IMG/VR virus record: IMGVR_UViG_3300009008_000026
Span: 1-64,000 of that record
Source of the DNA: a virus
Reading direction: 5' to 3' (one strand)
DNA length: 64,000 nt
Below the pieces are notes generated by a model that was not told the DNA's origin, ran no database searches, and saw only the letters and a list, made by a program, of their open reading frames with translations. The translations under genes were made by a program, and so were the position numbers. Position 1 is the stretch's first letter, and each line of letters starts with the position of its first letter. Positions 10,146 through 19,293 of this stretch are shown in pieces.

Positions 10146-10952
10146 GTGAAGACACCATTACGATACCCCGGCGGCAAAACACGAGCAGTTAAGCACATTT
10201 TGCCACTCATTCCAGATGATGTTGAGCGGGTGTGTTCTCCGTTTTTCGGAGGTGGCTCCGTCGAGATGGCACTAGCCAACAAAGGCGTGAAGGTATTTGG
10301 TTATGACAAGATGAAGCAGCTTGTTTGGTTTTGGAACGCCTTATGTGGAGACAGTGAACGCTTGGCTGACGAGGTAGAAAGCCTCCGCGAAACCTTTGTT
10401 GATCGCAACGGCAACAGTGTTATCGGATGCTCCAAAGAGTCATTTCAGAGTTTTAGAGAGGATCTTAAGACTGATTCATTCATGTTCAGCTATGAGCGAG
10501 CAGCCAAGTTCTATGCTATCAATAGATCAAGCTTCTCGGGCGCAACGTTTAGCGGCGGCTGGTCAGAGAAAGCCGCCACAGCACGATTCACAGATAGTTC
10601 AGTTCAGCGCCTTCGAGATTTCAAAGCGGAGAACTTCCGAGTCGATTATGCAGACTTCGAGAATGCCATTCTAAGCCACCCTAAAGCCTTCCTCTACCTA
10701 GACCCCCCTTACATGCTTGAAACCAGTCAGAACTCATTATACGGCGTTAATGGCGACCTTCACAAAGGCTTTGAGCACGAGAAACTTCATTCCATCTTAT
10801 CAACACGAGATCGGTGGGTTATGTCATATAATGACTGTGAGGAGATCAGAGAAATGTATAAAGACTACGAGATCATCGCAGCAGAATGGTCTTATGGGAT
10901 GAACAAGAGCAAGAAATCGTCAGAGATTATTATAACAAATTATGGGAGATAA
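10146..10952 (+). CDS. DNA adenine methyltransferase (Dam/D12 class)
   Basis: 'LRYPGGK', 'SPFFGGGS', 'YLDPPY'. Confidence 0.9.
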   Translation: MKTPLRYPGGKTRAVKHILPLIPDDVERVCSPFFGGGSVEMALANKGVKVFGYDKMKQLVWFWNALCGDSERLADEVESLRETFVDRNGNSVIGCSKESFQSFREDLKTDSFMFSYERAAKFYAINRSSFSGATFSGGWSEKAATARFTDSSVQRLRDFKAENFRVDYADFENAILSHPKAFLYLDPPYMLETSQNSLYGVNGDLHKGFEHEKLHSILSTRDRWVMSYNDCEEIREMYKDYEIIAAEWSYGMNKSKKSSEIIITNYGR

Positions 10953-10954
10953 AC

Positions 10955-11440
10955 ATGGGTGCAAACGCACTATCAAATAGAGACAATTGGCAGGACTTGG
11001 CAGGAAAGACAGGTAAGAACGGAGAGACCACATTTGCGTCTGCGGTGCGCTTTCGGCTACCGCCGCACTATGAGGTGGTTGAGAACCCACCTAAGCTGAC
11101 GATTTATTCGGATGGCAAGGGCATTGTGCTGGACACCAAGATTACGAACACCAAGACAGGTAAGAGCCTTTATGTCGAAAAGAAGACGGGCAACAAGGGT
11201 GGTAACGCGCATGAACGTGTGTACAAATATCTTTCCGAGCCGTTAAAGCGACTCGTGCGCCACAACGATCCTTCCTTGGCAGATGAGCCCTTCTTTCTAG
11301 TCTTCTCAGGCACTACTTTTGAAGGACAGAAGTATCAAGACGAAATAAAACTCTTGCTTGAGGACGCAAACTATGCAATAATAGAACAAGGATTTGCGAA
11401 CATCGATCAAGTTGTGAATCAAATCATGGAGATTGTTTAA
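10955..11440 (+). CDS. MunI/EcoRI-family type II restriction endonuclease
   Basis: 'MGANALSNRDNWQDLAG' resembles the MunI N-terminus; LD...EKK catalytic motif; 'GNAHER' recognition segment; 'PFFLVFSG'. Start moved to ATG 10955 (RBS GGGAG). Confidence 0.75.
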   Translation: MGANALSNRDNWQDLAGKTGKNGETTFASAVRFRLPPHYEVVENPPKLTIYSDGKGIVLDTKITNTKTGKSLYVEKKTGNKGGNAHERVYKYLSEPLKRLVRHNDPSLADEPFFLVFSGTTFEGQKYQDEIKLLLEDANYAIIEQGFANIDQVVNQIMEIV

Positions 11441-12306
11441 TGAAACCGTTATTTATGTGGGCTGGTGGCAAGAACAAGATGCTCAAGAAGTATGCGAATT
11501 ATCTCCCTGAACAGTTCGATAGCTACATCGAGCCCTTCTTGGGAGGCGGTGCTATGTTTGTGTGGGCTTACAAGAAAAACCCCGAAGCGACATTCTTCCT
11601 AAATGATGTAAACGAAGACATCATGAGAATTTACCAGTCGATTCGCAATGACGTAGGCAATTTTCTTACCACACTGGACAAGTACCAAGAGGACTTCCTG
11701 CCACTCTCGAAGCCCGAGCGCAAAAAGTTCTATTATGCTCTGCGTCAAGAACACGCATACAACTATCAAAAGTGGACAGCCACAGAAGAAGCAGCAACCC
11801 TGTACTTTCTGATGAAGACGGGATTCAATGGAATCTGGCAGATCAACAAAAATACTAATGGTCGGTTCGGCACTCCGAGTGGCTTGTTAAATCAGAAAGA
11901 TAAGGTCTATGATTATGATAACGTGATGGAGTGGCACGAAGCGCTGCAAAAGTGCACGCTGATCTCTGGCGATTTTACTGATTGTCTTGAATACGCACAA
12001 CCTAATAGCTTTGTTTTTCTAGACCCTCCTTATCGAGGCTCCTTCACCCAGTACGGTGTTTTTTTTGATGACACGCTGCAGCTGAGGGTAATTAAACTAC
12101 TAAATGACTTGACATCCGCCGGCTGCCATGTTATGATGTCTAATAGAGATGTGGGAGATGGGTTCTTCGAATCTCGGCAGGGAGATAATGACCTTGTTTA
12201 TTTTGACGTAACGTACACTGCTGGTCGTCGAAAGAAAAACACGGATGGAACGCATAGCGCCAAAAAGGCTAGAGAAATTTTAATGATAGGAGAGCACAAT
12301 GGCTAG
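11440..12306 (+). CDS. DNA adenine methyltransferase (Dam/D12 class)
   Basis: 'FMWAGGK', 'EPFLGGGA', 'FLDPPY'. Confidence 0.9.
   Translation: MKPLFMWAGGKNKMLKKYANYLPEQFDSYIEPFLGGGAMFVWAYKKNPEATFFLNDVNEDIMRIYQSIRNDVGNFLTTLDKYQEDFLPLSKPERKKFYYALRQEHAYNYQKWTATEEAATLYFLMKTGFNGIWQINKNTNGRFGTPSGLLNQKDKVYDYDNVMEWHEALQKCTLISGDFTDCLEYAQPNSFVFLDPPYRGSFTQYGVFFDDTLQLRVIKLLNDLTSAGCHVMMSNRDVGDGFFESRQGDNDLVYFDVTYTAGRRKKNTDGTHSAKKAREILMIGEHNG
12109..12137 (+). promoter_or_regulatory. Sigma70-type promoter upstream of the recA-like gene
   Basis: TTGACA-N17-TATGAT with TG. Confidence 0.5.
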
Positions 12307-13450
12307 AAAAGCCAAAACTAAACCCGGAAAGGTTTCAATGCAAGACTTGAGAAAGCTTGTTAATCAAAAAGCCGGCAGAAATGTCGCACACAACTTAACG
12401 GAAGCAAATCCGACAGAGGTAAAAGATTGGATCCCAACAGGTTCTAGGTGGTTAGATAGTATTATTTGCAAAGGTCAGCTCGCTGGAATTCCCGTCGGTA
12501 AAATTACCGAGATTGCGGGGTTAACATCTACAGGCAAGTCTTACATGGCAGCACAAATTGCAGCCAACGCCCAGAAGCAAGGCAAATTGGTTGTATATTT
12601 CGATTCGGAGTCTGCGATTGATCCGACTTTCTTGGAGTCTGCAGGCTGTGTTTTGGATGACCTCATGTATGTACAGGCATCATCTGTCGAATTCGTATTA
12701 GAGATGATCGAGGAGCTTCTTGGTGCAACAGACGAGAAGATCTTGTTTGTGTGGGATTCGCTGGCTTTCACTCCCGCTATTTCCGATGTAGAGGGTGATT
12801 TCAACCCTCAATCATCTATGGCAGTGAAAGCACGTATTCTTGCTAAGGGAATGTCTAAGATTACTCTCCCGATTGCAGATAAGCAAGCAACTCTCCTCGT
12901 ATTGAACCAGCTTAAGGACAACATTACCAGCGGCCCTCTCGCCCGTATAACGGCGATGACTACGCCCTATATCACTCCGGGTGGTAAAGCTTTGGTCTAT
13001 TCATATAGTCTAAGGATCTGGCTCACAGGAAGAAAGGCCAAATCAGCTTTTGTGTTGGACGATAAGGGCTATCGAGTAGGATCGGAGGTTAAGGTCAGGA
13101 TTGAAAAATCTAGATTTGGAACTCAGGGTCGCAATTGTGCTTTTCGCATCATGTGGGGCTCAGTTGATATCGGCGTTCGAGACGAAGAAAGCTGGTTTGA
13201 TGCCATTAAAGGATCTGATAATCTCACTTCTGCGGGGGCGTGGTATACACTTAAAACAGACAATTATGAAAAGAAATTTCAACCATCTAAGTGGGTTGCA
13301 CTAATTAATAGCGATACCGAGTTCCGCGAGCATGTTGAAAAAATCATGGATGAAGAGATTATCTATAGATTCAGCAACCGATCCGGCAACGCAACAGACT
13401 TTTATGAAGAACCAGAAGATATTTCAATACCAGTAGGAAAAACAAAATGA
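12299..13450 (+). CDS. recA: RecA/UvsX recombinase
   Basis: 'IPTGS..LD', Walker A 'GLTSTGKS', 'YFDSE', 'VWDSLA', 'TPGGKAL', 'AGAWY'. Confidence 0.92.
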   Translation: MARKAKTKPGKVSMQDLRKLVNQKAGRNVAHNLTEANPTEVKDWIPTGSRWLDSIICKGQLAGIPVGKITEIAGLTSTGKSYMAAQIAANAQKQGKLVVYFDSESAIDPTFLESAGCVLDDLMYVQASSVEFVLEMIEELLGATDEKILFVWDSLAFTPAISDVEGDFNPQSSMAVKARILAKGMSKITLPIADKQATLLVLNQLKDNITSGPLARITAMTTPYITPGGKALVYSYSLRIWLTGRKAKSAFVLDDKGYRVGSEVKVRIEKSRFGTQGRNCAFRIMWGSVDIGVRDEESWFDAIKGSDNLTSAGAWYTLKTDNYEKKFQPSKWVALINSDTEFREHVEKIMDEEIIYRFSNRSGNATDFYEEPEDISIPVGKTK

Positions 13451-13746
13451 AAACTTTACTCACAGCAACATTGTTGCTCTTTGCAACTGGGTGTATTGCT
13501 TACGCTCACCCACAATCAGCACATCACCCTAATCATGTTTCACAACAAATGGTTCAAGCTTGGGTCTGGGTACCCGGTCACTACACTCCGACCGGATCTT
13601 GGCAGCATAACCACTGGGAACGTCGCAGTGTGCAGCGATATATGTTAAGTAGGTACCCCCGCACTCACATCAGATACGTTGACGGTCGCCCCCGCCCCAG
13701 CTCACCTCCCCGCGGACACAGGCATCGCAGGCCACACCGCCGATAA
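13447..13746 (+). CDS. Small putative lipoprotein with a YXWGXW-like segment
   Basis: Signal peptide with lipobox-like 'ATGC'; 'WVWVPGHY...W...HW'; Arg/Pro/His-rich tail. Confidence 0.5.
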   Translation: MKTLLTATLLLFATGCIAYAHPQSAHHPNHVSQQMVQAWVWVPGHYTPTGSWQHNHWERRSVQRYMLSRYPRTHIRYVDGRPRPSSPPRGHRHRRPHRR

Positions 13747-13760
13747 GACGAATAAGGAAG

Positions 13761-14030
13761 ATGATGACAACATTACCAATTACGCTACTTGATGTGCGAA
13801 GCGAAGAGGAAGTAGCCGAGAGCAACGTAGAGGGAAGTATAAACATTCCCCACTCAGAGGTTCTAAACCGCTTAGACGAGATCCCACTGGATGGCGAAAT
13901 CGCAGTTTTCTGTAGGTCTGGTCGTCGAAGCGCAATCATAGTAGAGGTATTGAAAAAGCTCGGCTATGAGGCACACGACATTAAATCTTTCGAGCTAGCA
14001 AAGAAAATTTACAAAAGTGCTACAAATTAA
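13761..14030 (+). CDS. Single-domain rhodanese
   Basis: 'LLDVRSEEE', 'GSINIP', active-site loop 'FCRSGRRS'. Confidence 0.85.
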   Translation: MMTTLPITLLDVRSEEEVAESNVEGSINIPHSEVLNRLDEIPLDGEIAVFCRSGRRSAIIVEVLKKLGYEAHDIKSFELAKKIYKSATN

Positions 14031-14033
14031 ATT

Positions 14034-14062
14034 TTGACTTTCACATCATAACGTGATAGAAT
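14034..14062 (+). promoter_or_regulatory. Sigma70-type promoter
   Basis: TTGACT-N17-TAGAAT with TG, intergenic. Confidence 0.55.
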
Positions 14063-14089
14063 ATATTATAACAACCAGAGGAGCACAAA

Positions 14090-14380
14090 ATGACAATTCA
14101 GCCGATTAACCAAATTCACCCCGAAGCCCTATTCTTAGAGCCTCGCGAACATTTTGATAAAGCCCTTGTAGGGGTAGTTGCCTCGCCAGAGGATCATTGG
14201 CCGAGAGTTGAATCTATGAATGTTGCAGCTTACGACACTTATCTCTGCATCGCTGCAATTCAGGTGTGGCTTGAGTGTTCAGATGAGGAAGCTGCCGAGT
14301 GGTTTGATTTTAATACTGCAGGGGCATGGCTTGGCGAGGGCACTCCCACATTCATCACGACAGAAGATGATGAGTACTAA
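14090..14380 (+). CDS. Phage hypothetical protein
   Basis: RBS GAGGAG; 'FDKALVG...AYD...EEAAEWFDFNTAGAWLGEGTP' resembles a common phage family. Confidence 0.7.
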   Translation: MTIQPINQIHPEALFLEPREHFDKALVGVVASPEDHWPRVESMNVAAYDTYLCIAAIQVWLECSDEEAAEWFDFNTAGAWLGEGTPTFITTEDDEY

Positions 14381-14603
14381 CTTTATTAGGACGAGCGATG
14401 GTAAAATCTACCTACCGCGCCCAAAGGGCTGGATGCATGGGATGGGCTTGCAGAGCCTGTTCAGAAAAGCGCTTAACGAGCAAATTCACATCGCCGCCCC
14501 GACATACTGGGAAGAACTAAAGAGAGATAACGAGATGCTTACCCTAGTAAAAGTAACAGAAGACAAATACACAGTACAACCAGCGGAGGAACAAAATGAT
14601 TGA
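14367..14603 (+). CDS. Hypothetical protein
   Basis: In-frame ATG at 14367 overlaps the previous gene end. Confidence 0.55.
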   Translation: MMSTNFIRTSDGKIYLPRPKGWMHGMGLQSLFRKALNEQIHIAAPTYWEELKRDNEMLTLVKVTEDKYTVQPAEEQND

Positions 14604-14814
14604 GTTTGCTTATTTAGTAATTGGATCTATTATCTTTTATAGCGTCTTTACCTTGGTGGTGGAGATACTCCATGACATCAGGAATAAAAAGTACGAACTC
14701 GCAGACGCCAGAGATACAGAAGAGCGACAAATCGCTGGTGAAGAGACGAGTGAAGTTGCTTTGGACTATTTACAATTAGCGAAAAGGTCAGGGAGCCCGC
14801 GTGAAACTCGTTAG
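14596..14814 (+). CDS. Small membrane-anchored hypothetical protein
   Basis: RBS GGAGG; N-terminal hydrophobic helix. Confidence 0.6.
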   Translation: MIEFAYLVIGSIIFYSVFTLVVEILHDIRNKKYELADARDTEERQIAGEETSEVALDYLQLAKRSGSPRETR

Positions 14815-15097
14815 AGATAAGATACCCCAAATAATCATAGAAGATGGAAAAACTCCGATTTATCATGTTGCCGATGTAGCAGAACATAAGCGCGAGTTAT
14901 TTAATAAGGTGGCAGAGGAGCTAGAAGAGTTTCGGGCAGATCCTTCACTCGTTGAGGCAGCCGACCTTGTTGAGGCAGTCTTTTCGCTTATCGAGATTCA
15001 CAGCCTTAAGATGGCTTCGGTTGCCAAGGCAGGACTTGCAAAGGCACAAGCTGCCGGAGGCTTTGGCCGCGGCATAATTCTTGAGAGAGTCGAATAA
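14801..15097 (+). CDS. MazG-like NTP pyrophosphohydrolase
   Basis: 'KLVRDKIPQII', 'KVAEELEEF', 'EAADLVE', 'GGFGRGIIL'. Confidence 0.8.
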   Translation: MKLVRDKIPQIIIEDGKTPIYHVADVAEHKRELFNKVAEELEEFRADPSLVEAADLVEAVFSLIEIHSLKMASVAKAGLAKAQAAGGFGRGIILERVE

Positions 15098-15335
15098 AGT
15101 GGTGAGAGCACAAATCAAATCTGGAGACTTGGTAAAACACAAGTCAACTTGGCACGACTATGGAGTTGGGCTTATTATTCGCAAAACTGGAAAGATCAAT
15201 ACGTGGGGAATGAGGCACGATCCAGACGAGCACATGAGATGGTGGGTTCACTGGACAAACTCACCCAGCGAACCAGAGTCTAACGGATTTTCTATAACTT
15301 ACGAAACGGACGTTACAATCGTTCATGCCGCATAA
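15081..15335 (+). CDS. Small SH3/KOW-like protein (GDLV family)
   Basis: 'IKSGDLVKH...GVGLII...WWVHW'; true start may be the GTG near 15099-15102. Confidence 0.55.
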   Translation: MRESNKVVRAQIKSGDLVKHKSTWHDYGVGLIIRKTGKINTWGMRHDPDEHMRWWVHWTNSPSEPESNGFSITYETDVTIVHAA

Positions 15336-15347
15336 AAGGAGAAATAC

Positions 15348-15464
15348 ATGTTTAAACATTTAACACAAGCAGACAACACAGTAGACTTCGAACCAGATCA
15401 CGTCCCAGAGGGCGGTTCAACTATCGACATACAATACACAATAATGGGCGATTGCCAACAATAA
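15348..15464 (+). CDS. 38-aa ORF (not in ORF track)
   Basis: RBS AAGGAG, ATG 15348, MFKHLTQADNTVDFEPDHVPEGGSTIDIQYTIMGDCQQ. Confidence 0.45.
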   Translation: MFKHLTQADNTVDFEPDHVPEGGSTIDIQYTIMGDCQQ

Positions 15465-15474
15465 AGGAAAGACA

Positions 15475-15648
15475 ATGAGAAAAGGACTAGAAGACAGAGA
15501 CAGACGCCGTGAAGCCGCAGAGGACAGGGCAGAGCAGCGTGAAAACCGCACAGCACAGCAGCAACTAGACAAACTAGACGCACTCCTCGGAGAAGGCGTA
15601 GGTGCAGTCAAAGAGCGTGCCCGCCTTGAGAAACAACTCCGAGATTAA
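15475..15648 (+). CDS. 57-aa helical hypothetical protein (not in ORF track)
   Basis: RBS AAGGA; MRKGLEDRDRRREAA...QQQLDKLDALLGEGVGAVKERARLEKQLRD. Confidence 0.65.
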   Translation: MRKGLEDRDRRREAAEDRAEQRENRTAQQQLDKLDALLGEGVGAVKERARLEKQLRD

Positions 15649-15658
15649 AGGAAATAAA

Positions 15659-16489
15659 ATGATAGTAATAAACAATGGCGAGAAGAACCCAAGAGCAGGC
15701 GAACTCAAAGAGTGGAAGGATGTCAGAAGAACAGCAAATGGTAGGATGGGATACGCAGGACATCCAGACGCCGAACCTTCTGTTTTAGACACATTGGCGA
15801 GAGATTCGCATCACCCAGTTCGCTACGCTGTTGCCTCAAACCCAAGCACTCGTCCTGACACTCTCAAATGGTTGTATACGAGCAAAGGAAAATCTAACAA
15901 TAAACACATGAAAGCAGCATTGGCGAGCAATCCCTCTATCCCTATTGAAATGCTGGAAGAGTTATTTCTTATAGTCTCCGAACACATAGATGAAAACCAG
16001 TGGGATACAACGAGAGAGGAGATAGAAAAAGCGGTTGCACTAAATCCAAGCACACCCGAAAGTATGCTCCTCCGCATCGTAGAAAACCCGACTCATCCAA
16101 AGCAACTCCAGTATGTGATGAAGAACGAAGGCGACGGACTAACAGAAGCAGTCATTCGCAAAGTGGCAGAGGACGACGGATGGGGAGTGAGTGTCGTAGC
16201 AAAGCACCCAAGACTGCCCCTTGACTTTATTGAGGACTACTCCAAATCAAAGAAATGGGGCGTTCGGAATAGCATAGCAGAGCATCCATCAACACCTGTT
16301 GAGATACTGCGAGAACTCGCCAATGATGAAGAACTCTCATTCGGTTTTTACACAGTGAGAAAAGCAGTGGAGAAGAACCCAAACACTCCCGAAGATGTTC
16401 TCGTAAACATCCAGACAAGAGAAGAGAAGTGGGCGGAAGAGTTAGGATTCAAAAACGCTTACGAACAAAAACAACTCCGAGACAAGTAA
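15659..16489 (+). CDS. Leucine-rich-repeat-variant / HEAT-like repeat protein
   Basis: Repeated 'VR.AVA.NP.TP..(V/I)L..LA' units. Confidence 0.8.
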   Translation: MIVINNGEKNPRAGELKEWKDVRRTANGRMGYAGHPDAEPSVLDTLARDSHHPVRYAVASNPSTRPDTLKWLYTSKGKSNNKHMKAALASNPSIPIEMLEELFLIVSEHIDENQWDTTREEIEKAVALNPSTPESMLLRIVENPTHPKQLQYVMKNEGDGLTEAVIRKVAEDDGWGVSVVAKHPRLPLDFIEDYSKSKKWGVRNSIAEHPSTPVEILRELANDEELSFGFYTVRKAVEKNPNTPEDVLVNIQTREEKWAEELGFKNAYEQKQLRDK

Positions 16490-16500
16490 AGGAAATAATA

Positions 16501-16818
16501 ATGAGCATCGCAACAAAAAGAAAAAAACTTAGAAACAAGCACATGCTTTCTAATGACGCTAATGAATATGTCCACTCAGAAGAGACTCGTTCCGCTGGAT
16601 TGGCTAAATCTGAAGACTTCATATTCAATGGAATCTCTTCAAGGAATAAAGACATAAGCGTTTATTTAGCGCAAGATGATAATAGTTATGTCATCGATCT
16701 TACCGCTGATAACATCTATGGACCATTTGATGATCTCGGTGACGCTATATTATTTTCCAACAAGGCGTTTGGAACTAAAAATCTTAAAACCCGACCTGTC
16801 TTCATAGACGCCGAATAA
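16501..16818 (+). CDS. Hypothetical protein
   Basis: RBS AAGGA before ATG 16501. Confidence 0.6.
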   Translation: MSIATKRKKLRNKHMLSNDANEYVHSEETRSAGLAKSEDFIFNGISSRNKDISVYLAQDDNSYVIDLTADNIYGPFDDLGDAILFSNKAFGTKNLKTRPVFIDAE

Positions 16819-16838
16819 AATACCTTTTAGGGATAGAG

Positions 16839-17078
16839 ATGAGACTTGGCGATCTGGTAAGGGTAAGATTTAGAAGACTTATGCCACACCAACGCTTCGG
16901 CCCGCCCGAATGGGAAGAGTGGTGGGAAGAGGGCGGAGTTGTTGCTGCAGAATATCACACTTGGGAAAAGATCGTGAGTGTTCTCCATAAGGGTGAGATA
17001 ATTAGAAAGGAAGCGAACGATGTGCAGCTGATCTCCAGGAGTAAAAACGCCGCGAAAACAGAAGAAACCGCCGATTAG
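16839..17078 (+). CDS. Small SH3/KOW-like protein (GDLV family)
   Basis: 'MRLGDLVRV...GGVV...VSVLHKGEI...DVQLIS'. Confidence 0.6.
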   Translation: MRLGDLVRVRFRRLMPHQRFGPPEWEEWWEEGGVVAAEYHTWEKIVSVLHKGEIIRKEANDVQLISRSKNAAKTEETAD

Positions 17079-17079
17079 G

Positions 17080-17088
17080 ACTATTTAT
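17080..17088 (+). promoter_or_regulatory. Putative late-promoter motif ACTATTTAT
   Basis: Sits 4 nt before the ATG at 17093; the same motif precedes 35562, 42679 and 49085. Confidence 0.5.
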
Positions 17089-17092
17089 TATC

Positions 17093-17998
17093 ATGAAACT
17101 TATAATGGAATCTTGGCGTGGATACTTAAATGAGTCAGCCCCGCAGGTGGCGGACGAGAAGACAGACCTACTCTTCGATAAACAGATCACAGCGATGCTC
17201 GAAAAAGCAGGATTGCTTGAAGAAGGACCCCAGTGGGATAAGATAAAAGCCTTCGCCAGGAGGAAAGGCATTCCAATCGCCACTGCGCTCGCCTTGCTTG
17301 GTGCCCCCGTTGCCGGCGTCAAAGCCGGACAATCTCTAGCATCCAAGCATAACACAGAGATAGCCACACAGCAAGCAGAAGAAGATGCTGCAGCACAACA
17401 AGCTCGCGATGCTCGCTTTGGCGCTGACTTTGGAGAGTTGCCGGCAGAGTATAATGATCTTTCAAATGATGAGTCCACCCGGCTCGCTTGGTCTCAATAC
17501 GACAATCGCACTCCCATAGCGGCACCCGTCAGTGGGTTGTTGACCGTCCTCTCCGGCGGAAACATAGAGAATCGCCCCTTTATGGCGTATGAGGTGCTTC
17601 CAGGCGATGTAATGCCCTTAAATCAGCTAACAGCCGAAGACTACAGGGCGCAGGTACAGGCCCAACTAGAAGACGATGGTCCTCAAGGAGTGGTGTACCT
17701 CCGAAATCAATTATTCGGCGACACCGGCAAGTGGCTTTCGGGCTCCGGCAACGAGACGTTCAGGATGGTTGATGGCAACCCAATTCTCCCACCTTCATGG
17801 TCTGTTGCCTATGACGTCTACGCTGAAGCGGTTGTGGAGAGAGTCGCGCAGATTAGAGATATCGCGTCTATCTCTCCGGAAAATACCTTGGAAGTCGCTC
17901 GCAGGTTTAATTTAGAATCTGCCGATGAGCTGGAAGCCTTCTTACAACATGAGTTATGGAAGGTTGGCGCCGGCACACCGAGCAATGATATAGAATAA
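17093..17998 (+). CDS. Putative head-packaged (internal virion) protein
   Basis: N-terminal 'MKLIMESWRGYLNE' leader with L-x-E sites; one hydrophobic helix. Confidence 0.5.
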   Translation: MKLIMESWRGYLNESAPQVADEKTDLLFDKQITAMLEKAGLLEEGPQWDKIKAFARRKGIPIATALALLGAPVAGVKAGQSLASKHNTEIATQQAEEDAAAQQARDARFGADFGELPAEYNDLSNDESTRLAWSQYDNRTPIAAPVSGLLTVLSGGNIENRPFMAYEVLPGDVMPLNQLTAEDYRAQVQAQLEDDGPQGVVYLRNQLFGDTGKWLSGSGNETFRMVDGNPILPPSWSVAYDVYAEAVVERVAQIRDIASISPENTLEVARRFNLESADELEAFLQHELWKVGAGTPSNDIE

Positions 17999-18003
17999 AC
18001 TCC

Positions 18004-18032
18004 TTGACAGCACCATTCGTTCATGCTATATT
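18004..18032 (+). promoter_or_regulatory. Sigma70-type promoter
   Basis: TTGACA-N17-TATATT with TG. Confidence 0.65.
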
Positions 18033-18048
18033 AATAATAGGAGGAAGA

Positions 18049-18243
18049 ATGAAAACAGTTTTACTGATAGTTATGGGTTTGTCTTTAGGTTGGGGTGTTG
18101 GTTATCTACCCGTCATGCTGATAGATGACTCGTCCGCTATTATGATGATCGACCAAGCGCAACTTGATGATGAGGGGAGCAATCTGTTATGGAGTGTGGA
18201 TTTAATGGATTTACAATTGGGGGTGTGCTATGACGAATACTAG
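18049..18243 (+). CDS. Small membrane protein
   Basis: RBS AGGAGG; N-terminal hydrophobic segment. Confidence 0.55.
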   Translation: MKTVLLIVMGLSLGWGVGYLPVMLIDDSSAIMMIDQAQLDDEGSNLLWSVDLMDLQLGVCYDEY

Positions 18244-19228
18244 TACAACTAAGAAACGAATATTAATTTTTGATGCTTTGAACGCATATTTGAGGGCATA
18301 CATAGTTGACCCGAGCCTTTCAACGAACGGAGATCCGATCGGCGGAATCAAGGGGTTCATTAAGATCTTGCAACGACACGTTCGCGAGACAAGCCCGGAT
18401 CAAATCGTTATCGTTTGGGACGGACCAAACGGCTCTCGCAAGCGCAAGAGCGTAGACAAGAACTACAAGGCAGGACGGAAACCCATTCGGCTAAACCGAG
18501 CTTTCCACAACCTCACAGACGACGAAGAACTGCAAAATAAGATGTGGCAACAAACACGCCTCATAGAATATTTTAACAATATGCCGATTATCCAGTTTAT
18601 GCTCCCAGAGGTAGAGGCTGATGATGTGATTGCTTTTATCACTCAGATGCCAGAGTATAAGGGTTGGCAAAAGATCGTCGTTTCAAATGACAAAGACTTT
18701 ATGCAGTTGTGCGACGACGAAACAATTCTCTGGCGCCCCACCCAGAACGAGATCCTCAATAAGAAAAGTATTATTGAGAAGACCGGCGTTCACCCTGTCA
18801 ATATGGCGCTAGCACGCGCAATTGTTGGCGACACTAGTGATAATCTTCCGGGTGTTAAAGGGGCTGGCTTTGCGACGGTGAGTAAACGCTTGAACTTTTT
18901 GTCAGATTCAAAGATTTACACAATTGATGATGTTATTGAATTCTGCGAGAAGACGAGTGCGAAACTTAAAATCTTTAACAATATCACAGAGAACCGAAAA
19001 CTCATTGAGCACAACTACAAGATGATGCAGCTATATGCACCCCAATTATCGGTGCAGGGTAAAGATCATGTACGATATTCTATTGAAAACTTTGAGTGCG
19101 ACTTTAACAGGACGGATGTTATTAGGATGATGAGAGAGGATGGCTTCGGCGAATTAAATTGGGAAGATCTCCGTGCCGGGTTGAATAAAGTTCGCAAGGG
19201 ATGCACTAATACAACTGGTGGAGTATAA
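18230..19228 (+). CDS. 5'-3' exonuclease / flap endonuclease (T4 RNase H-like)
   Basis: 'IFDALN', 'VWDG', 'YKAGR', 'EADDVI', 'SNDKDFMQL', 'GDTSDNLPGVKGAG'. Confidence 0.92.
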   Translation: MTNTSTTKKRILIFDALNAYLRAYIVDPSLSTNGDPIGGIKGFIKILQRHVRETSPDQIVIVWDGPNGSRKRKSVDKNYKAGRKPIRLNRAFHNLTDDEELQNKMWQQTRLIEYFNNMPIIQFMLPEVEADDVIAFITQMPEYKGWQKIVVSNDKDFMQLCDDETILWRPTQNEILNKKSIIEKTGVHPVNMALARAIVGDTSDNLPGVKGAGFATVSKRLNFLSDSKIYTIDDVIEFCEKTSAKLKIFNNITENRKLIEHNYKMMQLYAPQLSVQGKDHVRYSIENFECDFNRTDVIRMMREDGFGELNWEDLRAGLNKVRKGCTNTTGGV

Positions 19229-19242
19229 AACTTATTTTTTAC

Positions 19243-19271
19243 TTGACTTCGAGGAATTATTGAGTTATATA
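19243..19271 (+). promoter_or_regulatory. Sigma70-type promoter for the helicase gene
   Basis: TTGACT-N17-TATATA, intergenic. Confidence 0.45.
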
Positions 19272-19293
19272 TTATACAACAGTGAGGGAATAA

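Noticed and set aside
1624-10989. Avoidance of CAATTG or GATC as a sign of restriction specificity
   Set aside because: CAATTG occurs (e.g. 1624, and 10984 inside the endonuclease gene) and GATC is frequent; a real test needs k-mer counts I cannot run
14801-14814. A 14-nt gene overlap like those in the cassette array
   Set aside because: The sequence lacks the GAGGTGAT/GGTGAT junction and the genes are unrelated to the family
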